From UHGV virus genome UHGV-0168042: a stretch of 64,000 bases of DNA; one strand, written 5' to 3'. The position numbers and the translations under genes are program-made. This document shows, in pieces, positions 1 to 9,764 of the stretch. Position 1 is the stretch's first letter; each line of letters begins with the position of its first letter. Source of the stretch: a virus. The notes below the pieces were generated by a model. The model had not been told where the DNA came from. It did no database searches and saw only the letters and a program-made list of their open reading frames with translations.

Positions 1-1821
1 GTGCCGATTAAGGTACAAAAAGGCGGCAGCATGATGTAGCTGGTCATACTTTCCTCTGTTAAATGCCTCACGCACTTCGAGGTAAGCGTCAGCGTTGTTG
101 TAATTTTGGAAAAAACTATATGACAGCGTGACGAGCGAATGTCCTTCTCGCTGCAATGTCTGATAGAAGTTAATCAGGTCACCGTTAATATCATTAAGCA
201 GGTTGTGGCGAAATCCTGCATTCGTAAATACAGAACCGCCACCAACGAACGGTTCTATTAACCGCTTGCCGTGTGGTAGATGCTCAAGCACTGTAGGCAA
301 CTCTGAGAATTTACCGCCTACCCATTTGAAGATCGGACGCTCATATTCATCCGGAGTCCGGAGTTTTCTTGTGTAGGTAATGGTATTTATTGTTTTTGGC
401 TGTTTAGCTTCCACAGTCGCAAGAATGCGACACCCAATCCATTGCATAACAGGAACTGCCATGCTGTTGCCAATCGCTTTGTAACGCGGCCCGTCAGCAG
501 CGAGCATCGCGGCCTCTTCTTCGCTTAAATCTGGATAGTGATTGCGAAGGTATGCCAGTTCATCTGAGGAAATTGTTTTACGCTTTTCCGTAGGGATCAA
601 CGTATGCCCATCAGGAAAACCTTGCAGCCTTTCACATTCGACAGGGGTAAGACGGCGGACAGCTACTTCTGCGTTTCTTACTTCATAGCAAACGGCTGTT
701 GGATTTTGAGCCATTAGAGATGGTGAAGTATTCTTAGTTGCAGCATGTTGTGTACCGCTCATACGCTCAGGAAAAGCTAATGTAACAAGATGCTCATGGC
801 TTTCTTGCTCACGCGCCCGCAATGTACCATGCCCCTCTGACCAAAAACCTGCTCCTGTGCTGCTAAAAACGGCAAGGTCAGTGGCATCTTTAAAGTCTCT
901 TGCCTTTACTGTCGATGCGGTTTCATCGTCAATATATTCCCCAAATGCCGCCATCCTGAAAGCGTTTACGGCTTTCGTCGATTTCATACCGGGGGGCATG
1001 TCAGCGTGTAGGCATGGATTTAGGCTTTCGCCACTGATTGCAGCGCCATTTGCAATAATGGCGGAAGCGATTTCCTTCTTTTTTCGGCTCGGCGCAATAT
1101 TCCGGCGCACGCCTTCGAACTCAAAAAGTATCGTTGCGGGATCGAGGTCTGTTCGAGCACTTGCGACAACAAACACGCGTCGGCGTCGTTGCGCCACTCC
1201 GAAGTATTGGGCATCAAGGATTCTCCAGGCCACTTTTCGCTGCGGTCCATAAATACAACCACACTGCGGCCACTTTGGAGCATGGCAACTGGTTTTGACA
1301 TCCCACCGCCAGAACGCGTTACTTTTTCGCGATTCAGGTCGAGCACCTGGTTCGAATGGCGCATCTTCTCCAGCCAATCCGGCAAGGAAACATCCGAAGG
1401 CGTTATCTGCCGATGACAAGACTCCTGGGACATTTTCCCAGACGATAACGGCTGGTTTGAGAAATGACTCAGCCCGTTTGTCGTCAATTGCATTTGCAAG
1501 CTCCACATACTTTAAAGTTAGCGCGCCACGCTCATCATCAAGCCCACCACGTAATCCAGCGATACTGAATGCCTGACAAGGTGTTCCCCCGACGAGCACA
1601 TCAGGGGATTCGATTTCCCCAGCCAGGACTTTTTTGGCAAGTTTTGTCATATCGCCAAGGTTGGCGACATGGGGCCAGCGGTGCGCAAGAACGGCAGATG
1701 GAAAAGGCTCGATTTCAGCAAACCACGCCGGACGCATACCCAACGGTTCCCAGGCAATGCTCGCTGCTTCAATTCCACTGCAAACTGAACCATATCTAAG
1801 GTTAACGTTCTGCTTCACCAC
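1..1821 (-). CDS. dmt: Fused DNA methyltransferase: N-terminal C5-cytosine (Dcm-type) domain, C-terminal N6-adenine (Dam-type) domain; 3' end beyond window start
   Basis: Manual minus-strand translation is open from about 1821 to position 1 (not in ORF track because it runs off the edge). Contains GGTPCQAFS (PCQ motif) and WENVPGVL (ENV motif), then in the same frame [16 protein letters not shown] and [10 protein letters not shown] typical of Dam N-termini. GGAGG lies 6 nt upstream of GTG at 1819-1821. Confidence 0.8.
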   Translation of the reverse strand, partial: MVKQNVNLRYGSVCSGIEAASIAWEPLGMRPAWFAEIEPFPSAVLAHRWPHVANLGDMTKLAKKVLAGEIESPDVLVGGTPCQAFSIAGLRGGLDDERGALTLKYVELANAIDDKRAESFLKPAVIVWENVPGVLSSADNAFGCFLAGLAGEDAPFEPGARPESRKSNAFWRWDVKTSCHAPKWPQCGCIYGPQRKVAWRILDAQYFGVAQRRRRVFVVASARTDLDPATILFEFEGVRRNIAPSRKKKEIASAIIANGAAISGESLNPCLHADMPPGMKSTKAVNAFRMAAFGEYIDDETASTVKARDFKDATDLAVFSSTGAGFWSEGHGTLRAREQESHEHLVTLAFPERMSGTQHAATKNTSPSLMAQNPTAVCYEVRNAEVAVRRLTPVECERLQGFPDGHTLIPTEKRKTISSDELAYLRNHYPDLSEEEAAMLAADGPRYKAIGNSMAVPVMQWIGCRILATVEAKQPKTINTITYTRKLRTPDEYERPIFKWVGGKFSELPTVLEHLPHGKRLIEPFVGGGSVFTNAGFRHNLLNDINGDLINFYQTLQREGHSLVTLSYSFFQNYNNADAYLEVREAFNRGKYDQLHHAAAFLYLNRH

Positions 1822-2707
1822 CAACGGCCTCCACTAGCGAAGTGAACATCGCGGATAATTCAGCAGTAAACAGGATAAAGTCAGCGTCAAATCGTTGCGC
1901 AACATCCTCTCGATCAATATCGTCGTTCTGGTCGTACAATTCGTCGCTGAACGACAAAGCCTTGATACTCATATCGTCATTCAGTCTGAAAAATGCACGG
2001 TCTTGCCAGTTAACCGCAACTGTGGTTGCAACCTTACCAGCTTCTATATGACTCATGATCTCGTCGGATAGCAGGTCCACTTTTTTGCAGCGGACCGCGC
2101 CGCCATCATCAAGCAATGCTTTTAAGGTCGCTTCCTCACCGGCACGGAAACCGTTCGGGAAGCCATTTTTAATCCAGCCAGTGATGGTCAGTTCTAATGG
2201 GTCTTTCGGAGAGAAGGGGACAACGGGCAAGCTGCCAAGCGATTTCCGTAACAAAGCCAGCTGATCCTCTGCTTTTTTAGCACTGCTGGCCTCGACAAAA
2301 ACCAGATGATTGCTTCGGTCTATCAGGATTTTAGCTACTGATTTTCTCGTGAAAGCGCGAGGAAGAAGAGAGTGAAGCACTTCATCCTTCAGCGAATCTT
2401 TTTCGGTCTTCTTCAGCTTTCTGTCTTGCTCTTCTTCAAGTTTCAGGATTTTTTTCTGTAACTCTTCTTTGAGTACTTGAGAAGGTAGGATTTTTTCCTC
2501 TCGTTTATGCTGCATCAGAAGAAAACCCTGGTATTCATGGGTGAGGTTGTCGCCAAGAACGGGGGTCCAACCAGCTTTAGCCATATCCTGAGAACCGCAT
2601 GGGGTAAACACAAACTTGCTAAGGGCTGCATTTACTTCTGCAGTATCCCAGCTAACTTCGCGTGAAAGACGATAGATGAAGATATTTTTGAAAGCGACTG
2701 ATCTCAT
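1802..2707 (-). CDS. rdgC: RdgC-like recombination-associated protein
   Basis: 301 aa; N-terminus [17 protein letters not shown] resembles RdgC family; its last codons overlap the start of the methyltransferase gene (operon). Confidence 0.65.
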   Translation of the reverse strand: MRSVAFKNIFIYRLSREVSWDTAEVNAALSKFVFTPCGSQDMAKAGWTPVLGDNLTHEYQGFLLMQHKREEKILPSQVLKEELQKKILKLEEEQDRKLKKTEKDSLKDEVLHSLLPRAFTRKSVAKILIDRSNHLVFVEASSAKKAEDQLALLRKSLGSLPVVPFSPKDPLELTITGWIKNGFPNGFRAGEEATLKALLDDGGAVRCKKVDLLSDEIMSHIEAGKVATTVAVNWQDRAFFRLNDDMSIKALSFSDELYDQNDDIDREDVAQRFDADFILFTAELSAMFTSLVEAVGGEAER

Positions 2708-2720
2708 GTCTCACCATATG

Positions 2721-2750
2721 TGTTAGAAAATACATATTAATTATCTAACA
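2721..2750. promoter_or_regulatory. Operator-like inverted repeat TGTTAGA-N16-TCTAACA, 14-43 bp upstream of rdgC/dmt operon start
   Basis: Sequence TGTTAGAAAATACATATTAATTATCTAACA; perfect 7-bp arms, 16-bp AT-rich spacer; same architecture recurs at 4 other sites. Confidence 0.55.
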
Positions 2751-2766
2751 CAAATGGGTGCATTTT

Positions 2767-3420
2767 CTATCCTTTCTTGAAATCGAAGTTGCTAGCAGTG
2801 GCCTGAAAGGTTCCTCCTGCCTTGAAAGCTATGTCTCCGTTAGCGGTGACAGCAATATTTTCCCCTTTAACATTGATGTTGTTGGCTGATTTGACGTTAA
2901 CACTCCCTCCTGCATTCACGATTACATCAGCCGGACCAATGATATATATCTGCCCGGACTCATTCATGCCAATCCTTGAGCCTGCAGCCGTATTGGCAAT
3001 TTCATAGCCGCCACCAGCAGTTCGTACTTCAAGAATATTGTTGCGGTGAATAACGAAGTCTTTCGTTGCTGAGATTTGGGGGCGGGGAGGCGCTCCATCT
3101 ACTTCCGGCGGCGTCCAGCCGTTGCCTTTGCCAGATGCTTCTGGTGCAACGTTTGGAATTCCTCCCGGTGCATCCTGAGCGGCACCAACTATCATTGGGC
3201 GTCTGGTGTCTATTCGACCGTTAACATCTAAATAAGGAAACTCTACCCAGACCAGGTCACCTTTGACTGTGGGTACAAAAGCGTTTCCGATGGGTAACAG
3301 GTATTCCGCCCAGGGTAGATCGTCATCAGGAACGCCATTCCAGTCAGGTAAAACACGGACTTGAGCACGCATAAGCCCTGCCGGGTGCACAGTTCCAACA
3401 ATTTGCGCTCTACGCTTCAT
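2767..3420 (-). CDS. Phage baseplate central spike-like protein (gpV / Mu gp45-like)
   Basis: 217 aa; VKGDLVWVEFP...RRPMIVG resembles the N-terminal OB-fold motif of phage_base_V proteins; Gly-rich beta-helix-like C-terminus. Confidence 0.4.
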   Translation of the reverse strand: MKRRAQIVGTVHPAGLMRAQVRVLPDWNGVPDDDLPWAEYLLPIGNAFVPTVKGDLVWVEFPYLDVNGRIDTRRPMIVGAAQDAPGGIPNVAPEASGKGNGWTPPEVDGAPPRPQISATKDFVIHRNNILEVRTAGGGYEIANTAAGSRIGMNESGQIYIIGPADVIVNAGGSVNVKSANNINVKGENIAVTANGDIAFKAGGTFQATASNFDFKKG

Positions 3421-4397
3421 TTGTTCGGCACTCCCAATATCATTCGTGTTGTGTAGCCTACGCGGTCTTCAAAGTGCGCAACATTTTTTACTATCAGCTT
3501 ACGGGGCATTGATTCATCAATGCGGTTTTCCTGGTCATAGCGGTATACGATAATCTCTATCACCATCCCCGGTTTTATATCAGGATTGCCTGCGACTTCT
3601 ATATCCATTTTGGGGACGAGAGACAGCTGCATATTGCGAAGAGTTTCCATATCAGAGTCGGATATATAACGCACTGGGAGTGAGCTATCGCCATATTCGA
3701 CGTAGCCATCGGTCATGGAATACCCAACAAAACGATATTGATTCTTTGCTGTTGTCGCATGTTCCTGTTGGAGTAGGCGCATTTTGGACAAAGTGTATTC
3801 TGCTTTAGGGTTATTCCCCTCGTAGGTAAATGATGGCGTTTGCTTCATCAGATCAGCCAGGGTGTAAAAGTTAAATTCCCCCCGGCATACCCAACATAAT
3901 GCACCTTTGTCTCGCGCTATCTCCGAAAGCATTTTTGACGGTTTGTCACCGGCATTCAGATGATATGTAACTGCGCGTTTTAGCACGCTGCTGGTAATTT
4001 TAAGCTTGCCGGAATATGCCTTGAATATAGCGTCTGGTGTTTTGTTGGTATGTAAATTTGTGCGCGGGGAGGGGATCTTAAACCTGCGCACGTCTTCACT
4101 GACAGCAATAACGGTAACAACATCACCAGCCAGCATTGCAGACGTAACAAAGAAATCTGTTTTAAAAGTGCCTGCATTACCGTTTGGATCGCCCATTTCA
4201 GCCACCAGCGATGCACCGTATTTGGCTTTCCAGTCATCAATTACGGTGCCGGTAGCGTCATGAATTTCCAGTTTTAGCAAAGGGGCTTTGAGGCTGGTTT
4301 TTTCTACATATACTGCGGTAAAAATCCAGTCTCGTGGCACTTTGTTATCGTTAATGAGCACTGACTGTAGAAAATATTGTTGTAACTCCTGGGCCAC
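3417..4397 (-). CDS. Hypothetical phage protein, possibly baseplate/tail-associated
   Basis: 326-aa ORF overlapping the downstream spike-like gene by 4 nt; function inferred only from position. Confidence 0.35.
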   Translation of the reverse strand: MAQELQQYFLQSVLINDNKVPRDWIFTAVYVEKTSLKAPLLKLEIHDATGTVIDDWKAKYGASLVAEMGDPNGNAGTFKTDFFVTSAMLAGDVVTVIAVSEDVRRFKIPSPRTNLHTNKTPDAIFKAYSGKLKITSSVLKRAVTYHLNAGDKPSKMLSEIARDKGALCWVCRGEFNFYTLADLMKQTPSFTYEGNNPKAEYTLSKMRLLQQEHATTAKNQYRFVGYSMTDGYVEYGDSSLPVRYISDSDMETLRNMQLSLVPKMDIEVAGNPDIKPGMVIEIIVYRYDQENRIDESMPRKLIVKNVAHFEDRVGYTTRMILGVPNK

Positions 4398-4400
4398 TTA

Positions 4401-5168
4401 TCACCCCATAGATATCGAGGTTTCGGTAATAATACGTTTTGCGTCCAACTCCCATGCTGTGATCACGTCTGTAATCACACTTATCGGCGCTTGTGTGGCA
4501 TAAATACGCTCTTCTCCAATTGGTGCTGAAACATCCGTAAAGCCGACTTCTTTGGCATCCTGTATCGAGCAAATCAGCGGGACCGGGACACGAACAAGGT
4601 GAGTGGTTGCTTCAAATTGTGTACCTGTCATCAGGCGAAGCCGTGCGCCCAGCGAATTACACATCAGACTCATGGTCGCTTTATCAGTTGCCATTAACGT
4701 AACGTCATACGTCAGAATGGCCTGGGTGTATTCCAGTTCTGCTAAAGGCATTCCGGTATCTGGTTCGCAAAAACTGGCTACTTTTTTGCGGTCAATCTGC
4801 TGATCATCGTTGATATAATTGATATCCATAGTGCGTGAGATATTGACCAGGGGGAGAGCATCCCGGTTAATGTTCTGGTTTTCAGGTTTTCTCCCTTGCC
4901 CGGCATTTGCGCGACGAACTGCTTTAAGAAACTCGATCGCATTGTCGAAACGGGCCATATAGACACGCTCTGCTGGTGGACGATTCAGGAATGACGCAAA
5001 GCGTTTTTCTTCCGGCGCGGGGGCCACCAGTAAGATATCAGAAAAAATGTTGCTGATTAGCGTCGCAAACGCGTTATCCACGTTTTCAAAGCCCGTGGTC
5101 TGGAATTTTCCTGTGCGTAAGGTTTGCCATTCACCGGTTCGCGCCAGGAGGGTTTTATTTGAAGTCAT
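4401..5168 (-). CDS. Hypothetical phage protein
   Basis: 255-aa ORF in the same minus-strand operon. Confidence 0.35.
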   Translation of the reverse strand: MTSNKTLLARTGEWQTLRTGKFQTTGFENVDNAFATLISNIFSDILLVAPAPEEKRFASFLNRPPAERVYMARFDNAIEFLKAVRRANAGQGRKPENQNINRDALPLVNISRTMDINYINDDQQIDRKKVASFCEPDTGMPLAELEYTQAILTYDVTLMATDKATMSLMCNSLGARLRLMTGTQFEATTHLVRVPVPLICSIQDAKEVGFTDVSAPIGEERIYATQAPISVITDVITAWELDAKRIITETSISMG

Positions 5169-5968
5169 TCGATCACTCCGTTTTGAGTCGTATCAAAATT
5201 TCTGGCAGGTATGCAGTAGTAAAGCGAACCAACATGCTGTGTGCCGTAGCTAAAAATACGGTGCACGTACCACCAGCGGCGGGCTACGCCGTTTACCATC
5301 TCTTCATTCCATTCAAGAATTGAGCCGACGGGGACGTTATTTGCTGCAATACGCAGAATCAGAACATCATCGGTTAAGCCATCCTGCTCACCGTCTGCGT
5401 CAATCGCATGGAAAGAGTCACGCCCGTCAGGGTTATCCAGCACATAAACGATTTCAGGTTCCTGGTAAGTCAGTTCGCGTTGGTTGTTATCCAGTTCAGT
5501 GAATGACTCTTCTCCTGTTTCGTCGCTGACTACCCCATATGTGCCAACATCTGGTCGATATAAGAGAGCCTGAAACGCGTCTGGGCTGGATTCAATAATC
5601 AGCATCCAGTCTGCGCGGATTTGGTCGTTAAAGGCTTTATGCCCGTTATAGCGTGCTTTTAACTGTGGAGTCGGTTCTCTCCCAGCCAGGGAAGATGGAA
5701 GTATGGCTATATCTGATTCGCCAGCATCCGAAGTAAGGCCACCGTTGCTATCAGCAAAATTATCATGGCTATCAGCTTTGGCGGCGGGTTGCTCTTCCAG
5801 AATGCTGAATGAATCCGAACCGGTATTGCCATGTTCCGGCGCGCCTCCTGCATTCGCTTCAATCGGTGCTGGCGTTTCTCTCTGCGTGCTGTCATGTTCT
5901 GACTCCTTACTTGCCAGGTTTGCATCGTCAGCAAACCATTCGTCAAAACGGCCCATAAGCATCCTCAA
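5165..5968 (-). CDS. Hypothetical phage protein with acidic N-terminal region
   Basis: 267-aa ORF; D/E-rich N-terminal half; first gene of the 4-gene minus-strand operon. Confidence 0.35.
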   Translation of the reverse strand: MRMLMGRFDEWFADDANLASKESEHDSTQRETPAPIEANAGGAPEHGNTGSDSFSILEEQPAAKADSHDNFADSNGGLTSDAGESDIAILPSSLAGREPTPQLKARYNGHKAFNDQIRADWMLIIESSPDAFQALLYRPDVGTYGVVSDETGEESFTELDNNQRELTYQEPEIVYVLDNPDGRDSFHAIDADGEQDGLTDDVLILRIAANNVPVGSILEWNEEMVNGVARRWWYVHRIFSYGTQHVGSLYYCIPARNFDTTQNGVIE

Positions 5969-6118
5969 AGGTCGATCTGTCAGGTATCGAAAGGAAGATT
6001 TTCGGGAGATTGTGATTTTGGATGAAGGAGGGGGAATTCATAAAATGCACTTGCGCACAGTGCAACAGTGCGCTATAGTTATGGCATTCGGTAATCATCA
6101 CGGAGGATCAAATGACTA

Positions 6119-6421
6119 ATGACCAAAAAAATTAACATAAAGGATTTCAGGGATGCGTGGCTTGATGATTTTTTTGAATTTTCAACACCACATAGAAAGA
6201 TACCTCCTGATATTCATATGACATTGTCACGGAAGTTGGACATTATCAATGCCGCAACTACCTGTAAGGATTTAAGATCACCACCAGGTAATCGGTATGA
6301 GGAACTGTCAGGGAAGCTAAATGGCTATTCATCAGTAAGGGTGAATAAGCAATATAGGTTAATTTTTAAGTGGGTTAACGGAAAGGCCGAGGACTTGTAT
6401 CTCGACCCTCACAAATACTAA
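6119..6421 (+). CDS. higB: HigB-type toxin (RelE/ParE superfamily, plasmid maintenance killer protein)
   Basis: 100 aa; KDLRSPPGNRYEELSGKLNGYSSVRVNKQYRLIFKW matches HigB killer family; AT-rich; upstream near-palindrome TGCGCAC-N9-GTGCGC in the promoter region. Confidence 0.75.
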   Translation: MTKKINIKDFRDAWLDDFFEFSTPHRKIPPDIHMTLSRKLDIINAATTCKDLRSPPGNRYEELSGKLNGYSSVRVNKQYRLIFKWVNGKAEDLYLDPHKY

Positions 6422-6491
6422 AACAGATACCCGGTTACGGACCGGGTTCTGACCAGAGTCCACTTAATACGCACGCTAGTAAGGGCAAAAA

Positions 6492-6830
6492 ATGAAACAG
6501 GCAACCAGAAAACCGACGACCGTAGGTGATATCCTGCTGTACGAATACCTGGAGCCGTTAGAGCTGAAGATCAACGAGTTAGCAGAAATACTTCATGTTC
6601 ATCGTAACACCGTAAGTGCTCTTGTTAATAATAATCGTAAGCTAACGATGGATATGGCATATCGCCTGGCAAAAGCATTCGATACTTCTGTAGATTTTTG
6701 GATTAATCTCCAGACCGCAGTAGACCTGTGGGAAGTCGAAAATGACATGCGCGTTCAGGAAGAGTTAAGTCGTATCAATACTGCTGAAAAATTTATTTCT
6801 CAGCGGAACCTGAATAAAAAAGCAGCCTGA
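6492..6830 (+). CDS. higA: HigA-type antitoxin (XRE-family HTH, YbaQ-like)
   Basis: 112 aa; TVGDILLYEYLEPL...RNTVSALVNNNRKLT...FWINLQ pattern typical of HigA/VapI antidote proteins; directly downstream of higB. Confidence 0.75.
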   Translation: MKQATRKPTTVGDILLYEYLEPLELKINELAEILHVHRNTVSALVNNNRKLTMDMAYRLAKAFDTSVDFWINLQTAVDLWEVENDMRVQEELSRINTAEKFISQRNLNKKAA

Positions 6831-6851
6831 TATAGTAAAACACATACAAAA

Positions 6852-6881
6852 AGCCCACTTAACAAGTGGGCTTTCCTTTGG
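6852..6881 (+). terminator. Rho-independent terminator-like hairpin after higA
   Basis: AGCCCACTT-AAC-AAGTGGGCT followed by TTCCTTTGG; overlaps the GTG start proposed by the ORF track for the next gene. Confidence 0.4.
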
Positions 6882-6886
6882 AATTA

Positions 6887-7246
6887 ATGAACATTAAAAC
6901 TATCCGTACAGAACAAGATTATGAGGCCGCACTGCGTGCGGTAGAACCGATGTTCGATAACGAACCGGAAACGAACACCCCGGAAGGTAATTTCTTGGAG
7001 GTTATGTGTCTTCTCATTGAGGAGTACGAGAAAAAACATTACCCAATTGAGCCGCCATCACCTATTGAAGCCATTAAATCCCGTATGGAATAGCAAGGGT
7101 TGACCGTGAAGGATCTGGAACCGGCGATTGGTAAGTCAAATCGTGTTTACGAAGTGCTAAATGGGACACGAAATTTAACGTTACCTATGATTCGTCGTTT
7201 ACATTCCCAGTTTGGCATTCCTCTTGAAAGCCTAGTTGGTGTTTAA
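6887..7246 (+). pseudogene. HigA/YgjM-type XRE antitoxin-like gene interrupted by an in-frame amber (TAG) codon at 7091-7093
   Basis: Reading frame MNIKTIRTEQDYEAALRAVEP...IEAIKSRME-TAG-QGLTVKDLEPAIGKSNRVYEVLNGTRNLTLPMIRRLHSQFGIPLESLVGV continues in frame to TAA at 7244-7246; N-domain plus C-terminal HTH architecture matches YgjM-type HigA. Confidence 0.55.
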
Positions 7247-7306
7247 GTTTGGCAGTCTGGAGGGCCGATTTTACATAAAATCAAGGTTTAAATATTTGGT
7301 GATTAT

Positions 7307-8047
7307 ATGAGCACTGATTCATCAATAGAAAAGGAAAATGAAAAATCATCCGCCCAAAATCTGATAGAAGATGCTGTAAAAGATAAGTTGTTTAATAAGG
7401 TTTTTGCCTACATTTTTATTTCATTTTTAATTTCTAACTGGCGAGATATATTTATATTGTTGAAGTCAAAAGATGATGTTATGTATACATTATCTATGGT
7501 GTTTGTTGGGGAAAAGATTCCATTATTTGGGAATGTTTTTGTACCCTCATTCGTAGCTCATTTTGTCTTGCCTTTTATTTATGGTGTTGTGGCTTCAATA
7601 TTAGCCCCAATGTTAACTTTACTAATTTCTATGGTGACTGGCACAATATACGCTAAATTGAGAGAGATAGATAAAATTGAAGACAAAAAAGAACAAGTAA
7701 GAAAAATTAACAGAGACATTAATGATCTTACTAAGAAACGGAAAGACGTTGAAGAGCGTCTTGAAAAAGAAAAAGAAGAACATGAATCATTAAAAAGAAA
7801 GGTAGAAGAAGTTAGGGAACAGATTGAATGTGTGGATAGCGATATCCGTCATGTTATTAAATTATATAGAGAGAAAGGTGAGAGCTTAAATTCGTTGGAT
7901 GATTTTTATGAATTTTTTACTGCCGTGAAAAACTCATCTTTTCGTTCGGGTGATACAAATGACAGGGAGACACTTGAGGAGATTCTCTCAAAGCTTTCTG
8001 ATTCACTTGAAAAAATTAAATGCGATGCTAATAAAAAGGTGGGATAA
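7307..8047 (+). CDS. AT-rich membrane protein with C-terminal coiled coil (function unknown; candidate exclusion/defence cargo)
   Basis: 246 aa; two hydrophobic segments (FAYIFISFLISNW..., VPSFVAHFVLPFIYGVVASILAPMLTLLISMV) then K/E-rich heptad-like region; roughly 30% GC versus about 50% in flanks. Confidence 0.55.
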   Translation: MSTDSSIEKENEKSSAQNLIEDAVKDKLFNKVFAYIFISFLISNWRDIFILLKSKDDVMYTLSMVFVGEKIPLFGNVFVPSFVAHFVLPFIYGVVASILAPMLTLLISMVTGTIYAKLREIDKIEDKKEQVRKINRDINDLTKKRKDVEERLEKEKEEHESLKRKVEEVREQIECVDSDIRHVIKLYREKGESLNSLDDFYEFFTAVKNSSFRSGDTNDRETLEEILSKLSDSLEKIKCDANKKVG

Positions 8048-8068
8048 ACCCACCTTTGTTAATTTTTT
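8036..8068. terminator. Bidirectional rho-independent terminator between convergent genes
   Basis: GGTGGG-ATAAA-CCCACC hairpin flanked by A-run and T-run (TTTGTTAATTTTTT); stop codon of 7307-8047 lies in the loop. Confidence 0.5.
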
Positions 8069-9249
8069 ATGTACTCCATGAACATTTTTTCAGCTTGTGC
8101 TGGTGGTGTTCCAGCCATGACAAGCGCATCAATGAACGCCTGCTTCTTCAGTGCGAACTGATCGGCAAGGCGTTGCTGAAGTTCCTTATTTTTCTGTTTC
8201 TCACGTTGCAAGGCCGCTTCTTTTGCAGCCGCCCGTTTTTTCTGTGCGTCTGACAACTTTCTGGCCCTGGTCAATTGGTCACGTAGCTTGTCGATATTGC
8301 CGTTGTCCTTTGCCAGTTTTGTACTTAAAGCTGCCTGGCGCTTCTGATAGAGCCTCCATTCGCGTTTGGCGGCTTCAACGTTTGTTTTACTGCTTCGATT
8401 GCGATTAAACTCCTTCTCGTCTTCTTTTGAGAAGTGTTTGGTTGTACGGCGGCGATCGTCACCAAATGCAATTTGCGTTGCAGCCTTTTGTAGCGCACGA
8501 GCAATACTCATTTGCCAACTGGCGGACTGTAACCGCGTCATTGAGTGGATCACGTGTTTACAGGCGACGCCTTGCAGCTTCGGGTTGCGAACTTTTGGAT
8601 AGGCGTATTCTTTTGGCGGGGCCAGGGCAAAGTTACCCGCAGTAGCGATGTAACGATACCAGTATTGATGACGACCACAGTCACAATCGAAAGACACTCG
8701 CCCGGCGCACAGTGATTTAGTGATTTTGAGAGCTGATTTATCGTCTTCTGCGATGTCATCGACCATCTGATCCCATTCTTCAAAGCGTATCCGGACGATA
8801 TGGTGCTGGTGGACGGATATATCCGATGCTTCTACGCGGATATTAATCACGTTGTGGCGAAGAGATACGGGGGTAGCTCTTTTGATACCAGATCCGTCAT
8901 CCACGGCGTTATTTGCACGCTTAATATCGATTGCCTGGCTGGATGCCACCAGCTGGGCGTATGTGATGCCAGCCGTCTTGCTGTCATATTTTTCGCGTGT
9001 TTTACTCCGTAGCTTTTCGAAACCTTTCAGGTCGTCTCGCGTGAAGAACGTGCCGCCTTTTTTCTTCCCTAACTTGAGAATATCTTCGGCGGATTTGTTC
9101 CTCAGTCCACCTGGCGTCAGCGTCCGGTGAGCTTGTCGGCGCTTACGGGTTTGTTCTTTCCTGATAATCTCGAATATACGCGTGAAGTCCTTAGAGGACA
9201 GACCGTCAGTGATATAGCGCCCGTCCTGGTTTTTCAGGAAATCAGGCAT
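8059..9249 (-). CDS. Hypothetical protein with SWIM-type zinc-finger-like motif and basic coiled-coil C-terminus
   Basis: 396 aa; FDCDCGRHQYW...CKHVIH fits a CxC-Xn-CxH motif; C-terminal 120 aa K/R/E/Q-rich. Confidence 0.45.
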   Translation of the reverse strand: MPDFLKNQDGRYITDGLSSKDFTRIFEIIRKEQTRKRRQAHRTLTPGGLRNKSAEDILKLGKKKGGTFFTRDDLKGFEKLRSKTREKYDSKTAGITYAQLVASSQAIDIKRANNAVDDGSGIKRATPVSLRHNVINIRVEASDISVHQHHIVRIRFEEWDQMVDDIAEDDKSALKITKSLCAGRVSFDCDCGRHQYWYRYIATAGNFALAPPKEYAYPKVRNPKLQGVACKHVIHSMTRLQSASWQMSIARALQKAATQIAFGDDRRRTTKHFSKEDEKEFNRNRSSKTNVEAAKREWRLYQKRQAALSTKLAKDNGNIDKLRDQLTRARKLSDAQKKRAAAKEAALQREKQKNKELQQRLADQFALKKQAFIDALVMAGTPPAQAEKMFMEYIKN

Positions 9250-9571
9250 TTTCTATCTCCGGTTCCGCGCTTGCGTAATCACGGATCTTGTTCCTCAGCC
9301 ATGCCACATCAGGAAGAGTTAACGTGGTCCCTGCGGGCATTTCTTCCATTTCTGACTCATGGCCCACCAGCACCCGGAATACCCAGCGCAAATCTGCATT
9401 GCCATACGCCCTGTAGGCTGCAAGGTCTGAACGATATACTTCATCAATCTTTATCGTGTACTGGAAATTATCAGAGTGATACTCCGATACCCGCTTAATC
9501 ATTTCCTGGTGAAACAGCGCACGAAAAATATCGTCTTCAATGTACCTATCGTCGAGTCTGCTATAGCCCAT
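9242..9571 (-). CDS. Hypothetical protein
   Basis: 109-aa ORF overlapping the start of the SWIM-motif gene by 8 nt. Confidence 0.4.
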   Translation of the reverse strand: MGYSRLDDRYIEDDIFRALFHQEMIKRVSEYHSDNFQYTIKIDEVYRSDLAAYRAYGNADLRWVFRVLVGHESEMEEMPAGTTLTLPDVAWLRNKIRDYASAEPEIENA

Positions 9572-9764
9572 AACAAAGCCTCTCAGTCATAACCTGGTGG
9601 AAACTGTATGCAGGGTGTGAAATGCGAGAAACAGACAGGCCACCAGTTCAGGGGGATGTGGTTCATAAATCCCCTCACTGGTGACAAGTGACTTTCATTA
9701 ATCTTTATGCGGGGGCCAGCTTCATTTGCTGGCATTAGATTAAAAATTAAACGGAGTGAATGAC

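Noticed and set aside
857-1576. ORF-track entries 857-1252(+), 1020-1508(-), 1189-1416(+), 1295-1576(+) inside the methyltransferase region
   Set aside because: They lie in other frames or on the other strand of a continuous, motif-rich methyltransferase ORF (PCQ and ENV motifs in frame); judged spurious.
6030-6046. ATTGTGATTTTGGATG upstream of higB as another operator copy
   Set aside because: It resembles only the spacer of the 42464-42491 site and lacks the TCTAAC/GTTAGA half-sites.
9600-9640. LexA (SOS) box near CTGTATGCAGG
   Set aside because: Only one CTGT half is present with no ACAG partner at the correct 8-bp spacing.
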